NCBI GenBank assembly: GCA_963842525.1
Contig: CAWJGT010000009.1
Span: 1,056,001 to 1,120,000, forward strand
Direction of reading: 5' to 3'
DNA: 64,000 nucleotides
Source: an uncultured Holophagales bacterium
GTDB taxonomy: Bacteria > Acidobacteriota > Thermoanaerobaculia > Multivoradales > UBA5704
Below the pieces are notes generated by a model. It had not been told where the DNA came from and made no database searches. It worked only from the letters and a program-made list of their open reading frames with translations. The position numbers and the translations under genes were made by a program. Below, piece after piece: positions 53,393 to 64,000 of this stretch (positions are counted from its first letter, which is position 1; each line of letters starts with the position of its first letter).

Positions 53393-53845
53393 TCATCCGG
53401 GCTCAGGTGTGTGCTGCGCGCCGGTCTTGCGGTAGACCGTGGGTTTCTGGCCCTCCCCCACAGACTCGACGCCGGCGCTTCCTTTCTGGACCAGCTCCTG
53501 GAGAATCCGGTAGAGGGAACCGCGGTCCGGCTCATAGCCGAGGGCGCTGCAGACGTCGCGGCGCGTGAACGTCTCGGGGAGACGGGGCAGCGCCGCGCGG
53601 ACGTCGACCTCCAGGTCTGCGATGGTCCGGCGCCGGGGCTTGCTCGGAGGCGGCGCTGCCTCCTGTTTCGCCGCGGGCTTCGGGGAGACGAGGGACCCCA
53701 GCCCTCCGCCGATTTCGGCCTGGAGCATCCACACCAGCTCCAGGGCCCGGATCTGGGCCTTGTAGGCGGTTTCGAGCAGTTGGATTCCGGCGCGGAGCTG
53801 CTCCTCAAGCCGTTGTTTGTGCTGTTCGTATTGATTGTGTGTCAT
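53393..53845 (-). CDS. Hypothetical protein: N-terminal coiled coil plus possible winged helix
   Basis: YEQHKQRLEEQLRAGIQLL; FTRRDVCSALG..DRGSLYRILQELVQKG. Paralog remnant at 5401. Confidence 0.7.
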   Translation of the reverse strand: MTHNQYEQHKQRLEEQLRAGIQLLETAYKAQIRALELVWMLQAEIGGGLGSLVSPKPAAKQEAAPPPSKPRRRTIADLEVDVRAALPRLPETFTRRDVCSALGYEPDRGSLYRILQELVQKGSAGVESVGEGQKPTVYRKTGAQHTPEPG

Positions 53846-53906
53846 GGTGTGCACAATCACAGCACAATTCGGAGAGGCTGGCAAGAGCGTGGTGGCGTGG
53901 GCGGAA

Positions 53907-54059
53907 CCTCACCCCCTGTCCCCCCTCTCCCATCTCCCACCCTTCCATCCCCGGGAGAGGGGGGACGTTGTTGATGCCTTTGTAGCGAGCTCCCGAATGC
54001 GTCCCCCCTCTCCCGGCGGGGGGTGGAGGGGAGATGGGAGAGGGGGGCAGGGGGTGAGG
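53907..54059. repeat. Inverted pair of REP-like elements (BIME-like)
   Basis: CCTCACCCCCTGTCCCCCCTCTCCCATCTCCC ... GGGAGATGGGAGAGGGGGGCAGGGGGTGAGG. Confidence 0.85.
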
Positions 54060-54180
54060 TTTTTTCCCGGCCGTCACGGACTTTGATGGAGCCCTGATGA
54101 TAGCCTGCCGTGGCCTTCCGCCGTGAGGCCGAAGGGAGTACGATGTGCCTCTCTTGTAGCGGAAAGGGAATCCCCAATCC

Positions 54181-55134
54181 ATGCGCACCGAGCTCCTCCA
54201 GATGGCTGCGGACCTGGCAGGCCGGGAAGAGCCGTTTGTGCTGGCGGTGGTGGTGCGCCGCCGGCCCGCCAGCTCGTCACAGCCCGGCAACATGGCGCTC
54301 ATCACGGCCGCGGGCGCCTTTCATGGCTGGCTCGGCGGGAGCTGTACGCAGCCGACCGTAGTCCGGGAGGCCCGGCGCGCGCTCGCCGACGGCCAGCCCC
54401 GGCTCCTCGTGCTGACCCCCGATCCGGAGTCCGAACGGCGGCCCGGCGTGGATGTCTTCCCCATGACCTGCCAGAGCGGAGGGAGCGTGGAGATCTACCT
54501 GGAGCCGATGCTGCCGGCGCCGCGCCTCGTCGTGTTCGGCGCCTCGCCCACCGCCCACGCCCTGGCGACGCTCGGCCAGGCGATGGGCTATTCGATCGCC
54601 GCGGTCGAGGACGACCTGGAGGCGCTCGCACGGAGCGCAGCGGGCTCGGGCTCGTCCTGCTTCATCGTGGTGGCAACCATGGGGGAGCAGGACGAGGAGG
54701 CGATCCGCGCAGCCCTGGCGCAGAAGCCCGCCTATCTCGGCGTGGTGGCGAGCGCCCGGCGTTTTGCGCAGATGCGGGAGACGCTCCTGGCGCAGGGCGT
54801 GGCGGCGGCGGACCTCGACCACATCCACAGCCCGGCCGGAATCGCGATCGGCGCCCGCACCCCGGAGGAGATCGCGCTGTCCATCCTCGCGCAGATCATC
54901 GAGCAGCGCCGGACCGGTGCAGAGGAGAAGCCGTCCGCGGTCCAGGAGGCAGAGCCGGAGGCCCCACCCCCGCCATCGCAGGCGATCGACCCGATCTGCG
55001 GCATGACGGTCGAGATCGCCACGGCCCGCCACACGGCCGGGCACGCGGGCCGCATGTACTACTTCTGCTGTGGCGGCTGCCGCCAGCGGTTCCTCGCCGA
55101 GCCGGAGCGCTATTTGAAGGAAGGGGCCGCGTGA
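54181..55134 (+). CDS. XdhC/CoxF-family chaperone with C-terminal YHS domain
   Basis: GWLGGSC, MTCQSGG, PAGIAIGARTPEEIALS; DPICGM..YYFCCGGC. Confidence 0.88.
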   Translation: MRTELLQMAADLAGREEPFVLAVVVRRRPASSSQPGNMALITAAGAFHGWLGGSCTQPTVVREARRALADGQPRLLVLTPDPESERRPGVDVFPMTCQSGGSVEIYLEPMLPAPRLVVFGASPTAHALATLGQAMGYSIAAVEDDLEALARSAAGSGSSCFIVVATMGEQDEEAIRAALAQKPAYLGVVASARRFAQMRETLLAQGVAAADLDHIHSPAGIAIGARTPEEIALSILAQIIEQRRTGAEEKPSAVQEAEPEAPPPPSQAIDPICGMTVEIATARHTAGHAGRMYYFCCGGCRQRFLAEPERYLKEGAA

Positions 55135-55140
55135 ACCGGA

Positions 55141-55286
55141 CCCTCACCCCCGTCCCCTCTCCCACCCGCACTCCCGTCCCCCGGGCGAGGGGCGCCACCA
55201 CCCAAAGGCTTGAAAACAAGAGGACGGTTCCCCCTCTCCCGGGCGGGTGTGAGTGCGGATGGGAGAGGGGGCCAGGGGGTGAGGGG
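55141..55286. repeat. Inverted pair of REP-like elements (BIME-like)
   Basis: CCCTCACCCCCGTCCCCTCTCCCACCCGCACTC ... GAGTGCGGATGGGAGAGGGGGCCAGGGGGTGAGGG. Confidence 0.85.
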
Positions 55287-55288
55287 CC

Positions 55289-56184
<896 letters not shown>

Positions 56185-56188
<4 letters not shown>

Positions 56189-57321
56189 TTCAGAGCGGCC
56201 TCGTCCATCACCTGGCTTCCTTCGCGCGGGCTCTGCGCCAGCGCGGCGTCGGCGTCAGTCTGAGCGACGAGGCGGACGGCTTGGCGGCCCTCACGTTGAT
56301 CGACCTCGGCGATCGCGATGAGGTGCGCCTCGCGCTGCGGGCTGCCCTGAAAATCCGGCCGCGCGACGCCGCGGTCTTCGAGGAGCTTTTCGCCCTGCTG
56401 TGGAGTACGGCCAGGGAGGAAAGGATACCCGACCCTCCCGCGCATTCCCGGCCTCCGGGAGCCGCCAGGATGCGGCAGGGGCCGCCGCGTCCCATGGGCT
56501 TGCCCCAGGCTTCCACGGCCACGGTGGCCTCGCCGGCTGCCGGAGACGAGCCGGGCTATAGCCGCGAAGCGGTCCTGCGCCGGAAGCCGTTCGACGAGCT
56601 GTCGGCGGCCGACCTGCAGGAGATGGAGCGCCTGCTGAGCCGCCTGGCGCTGCGGCTGGCCACCCGGCCCAGCCGGCGGCGCGTGCCGACGCGGGGCCGC
56701 GGCGAGGTCGATCTGCGGCGCAGCTTCCGGCGGGCGATCGCCCACGGCGGCGAATTCCTCTCGCTGGCGCGGCGGACCCGGCCGATCGAGGAGCCGCGCC
56801 TGGTGGTCCTGTGTGATACCAGCGGCTCCATGGATCCCCATACCCGTTTTCTGCTGACCTTCCTGCTGGCACTCCACCGAGTGGCGCGGCGGAGCGAGAT
56901 CTTCGCCTTCAACACCTCCCTGGTGCGGCTCACTCCCTCCCTGAAGACATTGCGCCCCGGGCGGATCGATCTCGCCCTGGAGCGCATGGCCGCCCGCGTG
57001 CCCGACTGGTCGGGAGGCACCCGGATCGGCGAGTGCCTGGCCGAATTCGTCGAGTTTTACCTGGACGAGCTGGTGAACGGGCAGACCAGTGTGCTCATCC
57101 TGAGCGACGGCCTCGACCGCGGCGACCTGCGGCCCCTCGAGGGAGCGATGAGAGCGATCCGGGCGCGGGCCCGGCGGGTGCTGTGGCTCAATCCGCTGGC
57201 CGGCGATGCGCGGTACGAGCCCACGGCCCGGGCCATGGCGGCGGCGCTCCCGTACGTCGACCGTCTCCTTCCGGCACACAACCTGGAGTCGCTGGAGCGG
57301 CTCCTTCCCCTATTGACTTGA
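56185..57321 (+). CDS. coxE: VWA protein
   Basis: CDTSGSM, DWSGGTRIG, SDGLD, WLNPL. Confidence 0.9.
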
Positions 57322-57343
57322 GGGTTGACCCTGAGGCGCGACC

Positions 57344-58078
57344 ATGGGAATGCAGATCGAAAAGAGCTTCGTCCTCAATGCACCCGCTCCCGCGGTCTGG
57401 GAGTTCCTGACCGACCCGTACAGGGTTGGGCGCTGCCTGCCGGGCGCTGCCATCACCGAGAAGCTGGACGACGGCAGCTATGCCGGCACGATCACCGTCA
57501 AGGTCGGACCGGTGACCGCCAACTACCGCGGCAAAATGCGTTTCGAGCGGCTGGACGCCGCGGCGGGGGAGGCGGAGATCGTCGCTTCCGGCCAGGAGAC
57601 GCGCGGCAAGGGCGGCGCCGACATGCGCATGAAAAGCAAGGTGACAGAGCGCGCACCCGGCGAAACCGAAGTGTCCGTGATCTCCGACGTCAACGTGGTG
57701 GGCGTGCTGGCGCAGTTCGGCCGCGGCATGATCCAGGACGTCAGCGATCAGCTTTTCCAGAGGTTCACCGTCGCCATGCGCAAGGAGCTCGAGGTCCCGG
57801 CCGCGCCCGCCGCAGCGGTGGCCGAGGCTCCTCCTGTCGAAAGATCGACGCCGGCCGCCACGGAGGTGCCATCTCCAGGTCGTGTGGAGATGGCCGCCAC
57901 CGCCGCACCCGTTCTACCGCCGGCACCGGTTGCCGGCGAAGCCGCGCTCGACCTCGGCTCATTGGGAGCCGCGGCAGCGGGCCGGGCGGCCGCCCGTACC
58001 CTGCGCCGGCCCGGTTTCTGGATTACAGTCATTGTCCTCGCGCTGTTGATCTACTGGTTCTTGAGGAGCCAATCATGA
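57344..58078 (+). CDS. coxG: SRPBCC protein with C-terminal TM anchor
   Basis: VWEFLTDP..CLPGA, VKVGPV, LAQFGRGMIQDV, C-terminal TM. Confidence 0.9.
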   Translation: MGMQIEKSFVLNAPAPAVWEFLTDPYRVGRCLPGAAITEKLDDGSYAGTITVKVGPVTANYRGKMRFERLDAAAGEAEIVASGQETRGKGGADMRMKSKVTERAPGETEVSVISDVNVVGVLAQFGRGMIQDVSDQLFQRFTVAMRKELEVPAAPAAAVAEAPPVERSTPAATEVPSPGRVEMAATAAPVLPPAPVAGEAALDLGSLGAAAAGRAAARTLRRPGFWITVIVLALLIYWFLRSQS

Positions 58079-58947
58079 TTCCAGCACCGTTCGATTACTA
58101 CGCACCCCAAACGTTGGAGGAGGCCATCAACCTCCTCCAGCAACACCGGGACGACGCCAAAGTCCTCTCCGGTGGGCAGAGCCTCCTGCCGCTACTCAAG
58201 CTGCGCCTCGGCTCCGCCGGCCATCTGATCGACATCGGCCGCATCCCGGGCCTCGAATACATCGAGGAGAACGGCGATCTCCGGATCGGCGGCCGGACCC
58301 GCGAGTCGGCCCTGGAGCAGTCCGAGCTCATCCAGAGCCGCTATCCGTTGCTGGCGGATACCGCGGCGGTGATCGCCGATCCCCTGGTGCGCAATCTCGC
58401 GACGGTCGGCGGCAACCTGGCGCACGGCGATCCGGCCAACGACCATCCGGCCACCATGCTGGCGCTGCGTGCCCAGGTCGTGGCGACCGGGCCCAACGGA
58501 CAACGGACCATCCCGATCGATGACCTTTTCGTCGGCCTGTTCGCCACGGCGCTCGAGCCGGACGAGATCCTGACCGAGATCCGCATCCCACAGCCGCCGC
58601 CTCGCAGCGGTGGCGCTTATGTCAAGCTCGAACGCAAGGTGGGTGATTTCGCCACCGCGGCGACCGCCGTCCAGGTGACGCTGTCCGCAGGCGGCGAGGT
58701 CGAGCAGGTGGGCATCGGCCTGACCAACGCCGGCCCGACGCCCATCCGCGCCGCCGATGCCGAGAGCTTCCTGACCGGCAAAATCCCCACCGACGACGTG
58801 ATCGCCGAGGCGGCGCAGCGTGCGGCGGCGGCGGCATCACCGAATGCCGACCGGCGCGGGGCGGTCGAATACAAGCGGCAGATGGCGCGCGTCCTGACGG
58901 CGCGCGCTCTCAGGCGGGCCATTCAAAGGGCCCGGGGGGAGCAGTAG
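58075..58947 (+). CDS. coxM: CO dehydrogenase FAD subunit
   Basis: MIPAPFDY, GGQSLLPLLKLR, GDPANDHPA, KLERKVGDFA. Confidence 0.93.
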   Translation: MIPAPFDYYAPQTLEEAINLLQQHRDDAKVLSGGQSLLPLLKLRLGSAGHLIDIGRIPGLEYIEENGDLRIGGRTRESALEQSELIQSRYPLLADTAAVIADPLVRNLATVGGNLAHGDPANDHPATMLALRAQVVATGPNGQRTIPIDDLFVGLFATALEPDEILTEIRIPQPPPRSGGAYVKLERKVGDFATAATAVQVTLSAGGEVEQVGIGLTNAGPTPIRAADAESFLTGKIPTDDVIAEAAQRAAAAASPNADRRGAVEYKRQMARVLTARALRRAIQRARGEQ

Positions 58948-58949
58948 CC

Positions 58950-59432
58950 ATGGCGACACACCAGATCCACGTCAAGATCAACGGCGCCGAGCACAAGGCG
59001 GAGGTCGAGTCGCGCCTCCTGCTGGTTCATCTCCTGCGCGAGAACCTGGGGATGACCGGCACCCACATCGGCTGCGACACGACCCATTGCGGCGCCTGCA
59101 CCGTGCTCCTCGACGGCCAGCCGGTCAAGTCGTGCACCGTGCTCGCCGTGCAGGCCGACGGCCGCGACGTGATGACCGTCGAAGGCCTGGAGCAGAACGG
59201 CCAGCTCCATCCCATCCAGGATGGCTTCTGGCAGGAGCACGGCCTCCAGTGCGGCTACTGCACGCCGGGCATGATGATCACCGGCTATGCCTTGTTGGAA
59301 AAGAATTCCGATCCCAGCGAGCTCGAGATCCGCCAGGCCATCTCCGGCAACCTCTGCCGGTGCACCGGCTACACCAACATCGTCAAGTCCGTGCAGCACG
59401 CTGCCGCGAAGCTGCGGCCGGCCGCTGAATAA
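58950..59432 (+). CDS. coxS: CO dehydrogenase 2Fe-2S subunit
   Basis: [28 protein letters not shown]. Confidence 0.94.
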   Translation: MATHQIHVKINGAEHKAEVESRLLLVHLLRENLGMTGTHIGCDTTHCGACTVLLDGQPVKSCTVLAVQADGRDVMTVEGLEQNGQLHPIQDGFWQEHGLQCGYCTPGMMITGYALLEKNSDPSELEIRQAISGNLCRCTGYTNIVKSVQHAAAKLRPAAE

Positions 59433-59444
59433 GGAGGAGGAGCC

Positions 59445-61811
<2,367 letters not shown>

Positions 61812-61820
61812 AGCGTAAGA

Positions 61821-61850
61821 CGAGAGGCGCCGGTGAGCCGGCGCCTCTCG
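61821..61850 (+). terminator. Strong hairpin after coxL
   Basis: CGAGAGGCGCCGG-TGAG-CCGGCGCCTCTCG, perfect 13-bp stem, no U-tract. Confidence 0.55.
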
Positions 61851-62099
61851 ATGAGAGGACCTCGGGAAGGCGAAGCGAGCCGCTCCACCGGATACGGATG
61901 AGACGTACTTCAAGACGTGCAAAAATTCCTGCACCTGCAGGCGAGATGCAGTTGGAGCCGATGATCGGATTCTTCTGTTTGCGAATCGGCTCCCGCTCCA
62001 TGTGCCGGAAGGCTGGCGTCTCCGAGTGGTCAAACGCGTTCCAGCAAGCCGCTTTGAGCGCCTCTCATATTTCAAGCCTCCGGCTTTGCCGGAGGTCTC

Positions 62100-64000
62100 T
62101 CAGACCGAAACGGTGCCGGATTCCTCAAGGTCGAGGACGTGCAGTGCGCCGTTCCGGTCTCCCACGACCACTGTACGCCCGGCGGGAGAAGCGGCGACAG
62201 CCGTGGGGGGAACATCGAAGGTGAAAGTCGTCAAGAGCGCTCCATTCAAACCGCTCCATAGCCGCAAGTCGTGAGCGGTCGAAAGGGAGGCGAACCGGTC
62301 GGCGCTCACAGAGATAAGGCTTTGAAGAGCCTCGTTGGGGCGAGGCTCACCGGTCCAGTGACAGAGCAGGGAGCCCGTTTCGAGATTGAGCACGGCCAGA
62401 TCCCGTGAGGCCAGGCAGACGGCCAGTCGGTCGTTCCCCAAAGACGCTAGTCCGGAGATGTGCTGATCGAGCGAAAATTGGTGCAGGGTTCTCCGCCCGA
62501 GATCCCAGCGAAGAATCTTGCGGTCCTGCTCCGTAACGAGCCACCGGCCCTCTCCTGCCTGTTCGAGAACCTCTCCCACAGGCATCGGGATTTTCCGTAG
62601 CCAACCGTTGTCCGGGTTAAAGATCCAGGCCGAGTCCACCGAGCGAAGGACCAGGCGGTCAGGTTTTACCAGGATCGCGTCTCGGATGTCGACGCCTGGC
62701 TGGACAGAGTACCTGTGCCGCCCGTCCTTCGCGCAAACCTGAACGGCGCCGAGGCCGGCATTCAGTACAAACCGATCGATGTCCAGCACGGCGAGGAGGG
62801 TCTCCCGGCGACGCCGGACTAGCGAAAGGGAACGCAACCGTCCTGTGCGGGTTTCCAGGAGCCACACCATTCCTTGCGCCCAGGAGCAGACGGCGTGATC
62901 GTTGTCGATGAAAGCGATGCTCGATATCCGGCCATCCCGCTTGGCCGGTGTCCGTACCCAGGCGGGCTGGGCCATGTCCCAGACCCTTAAGAGTGAGTCG
63001 GTTGACCCCGAAACGACCAGCCCCCCGACCGCGCTGGCAAGTCCAACCGGTGTGGCGGAGTGCGCGGCGGGAAGGCGGACGAGATCGCCTTGAGGAATGG
63101 TTCTGAGCCGAAGAGACCCTCCGGGAGTGATGCTCGCGAGGCGTTCATCGTCCAACCACGCCAAGCCATAAGCTCTCAGATCGGCAACGGAGGAGTGGAA
63201 AAGCACTATGCCGGACCGCCAGTCCCAGACTTTGAGCTCGCAAGGAATGGATGCTGCTGCCAACCGTCCGTCGCGGGCCGACATCACGGTCCACCATGGC
63301 CCGTCAATGGCAGGGCCCAGCTTCAACTCCTGTACCTTGCGGCCGGTTGCTAGGTCCCAGATGATCACGATTCCATCGGTGAAGCTCGCAGCCACATGAG
63401 GCTCGAGAGCCGCGAGGTCTGAAAGATGGGCAGGGTGCTTCCTGCGGAGGACGTGGAGGATTTCTCCATGATCAGGATCGATAATCAGAATGGCTGCGCC
63501 CCTGGCGGCGACCGCGAGCCGCCCGCCTGCGGCGGCCACGATCCGAAGCCCTCTTCTATGACGTTTGGTACGGCCCTGGAGGAGGGCGAGAAACGCCTTG
63601 AGAGGCGAGAGGCGAGGGATGGGGATCTCGGTCCAGGCGTCAGTCTGGAGGTCCCAGAGGCCTGCCTCTCCATTGGACCGGATGGTCGCCACGCGGTGGT
63701 TATCCCACGGGATCAGGTCGTCGACCGGACCTTCGCGGGAGCGTAGGAATTCCCCGGTCTCCAAGTCCCAAGCCTCCAGGCCAGAATTTGTGGCGGCGAC
63801 GATCTGGCAGCCACCCACGACGACGAATGTGTTCAGTTGGCTGCGGGTCCGGAAGGTCCGCAGGAGGGGGCCGGGCTGCGTGAGGGTAGGACGGAGCGGG
63901 CGTAGCCAGCAGGTGCCGCTCCACTGGCTGATCTGGGTCAGGATAGAGTCGAGCCCGGGAGCGTCTTCCCCGGAGAGACGCCCCAGGAGCTGGCTCGCGA
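62100..64000 (-). CDS. WD40-repeat protein, 5' part outside the window (likely STAND/NACHT-type)
   Basis: Repeated ..WDL.TG motifs, VSGSTDSLLRVWD, VVVGDRNGALHVL. Frame open to the edge (QLLGRL..WLRPLRPTL). Confidence 0.85.
   Translation of the reverse strand, partial: ASQLLGRLSGEDAPGLDSILTQISQWSGTCWLRPLRPTLTQPGPLLRTFRTRSQLNTFVVVGGCQIVAATNSGLEAWDLETGEFLRSREGPVDDLIPWDNHRVATIRSNGEAGLWDLQTDAWTEIPIPRLSPLKAFLALLQGRTKRHRRGLRIVAAAGGRLAVAARGAAILIIDPDHGEILHVLRRKHPAHLSDLAALEPHVAASFTDGIVIIWDLATGRKVQELKLGPAIDGPWWTVMSARDGRLAAASIPCELKVWDWRSGIVLFHSSVADLRAYGLAWLDDERLASITPGGSLRLRTIPQGDLVRLPAAHSATPVGLASAVGGLVVSGSTDSLLRVWDMAQPAWVRTPAKRDGRISSIAFIDNDHAVCSWAQGMVWLLETRTGRLRSLSLVRRRRETLLAVLDIDRFVLNAGLGAVQVCAKDGRHRYSVQPGVDIRDAILVKPDRLVLRSVDSAWIFNPDNGWLRKIPMPVGEVLEQAGEGRWLVTEQDRKILRWDLGRRTLHQFSLDQHISGLASLGNDRLAVCLASRDLAVLNLETGSLLCHWTGEPRPNEALQSLISVSADRFASLSTAHDLRLWSGLNGALLTTFTFDVPPTAVAASPAGRTVVVGDRNGALHVLDLEESGTVSV

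Overview
GC-rich bacterial DNA. The gene families suggest Acidobacteriota (Thermoanaerobaculia-like), which is inference only. (1) 1-12.8 kb is backbone: a PIN TA pair, a giant TPM-like membrane protein, PhyH dioxygenase, YaiI, S9 peptidase, AttH/CrtC lipocalin, AAA_14 ATPase, a secreted 10-Cys peptide and a serine hydrolase. (2) 12833-25274 is a 12.4-kb island between 38-bp direct repeats, with inverted arrays of an AAGTGCC(A) REP-like motif at its two ends. It holds a 21-bp tandem array, a dead integron integrase split by an IS21 (6-bp TSD), six attC-bounded cassettes of mostly defence-like genes, an IS1111-type IS110 element inserted exactly into one REP-like copy, and a RAYT-like HUH transposase. 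A second insertion (relE TA) sits behind a 209-bp duplication marked by the same motif. (3) 30-62 kb is a molybdoenzyme and redox region: a form II-like coxSLM-DE cluster, an unusual diheme-cytochrome/GMC/pentaheme/porin/Tat-Mo-hydroxylase/catalase-like cluster, XdhC and MocA, gene debris, and a form I aerobic CO dehydrogenase cluster (AYRCSFR). (4) A WD40 protein runs off the right edge. The best candidates for an undescribed system are the RAYT/REP-motif-bounded insertions with long duplications (plus the IS1111 that targets the same motif) and the envelope redox cluster. All calls are by eye; no database searches were run.
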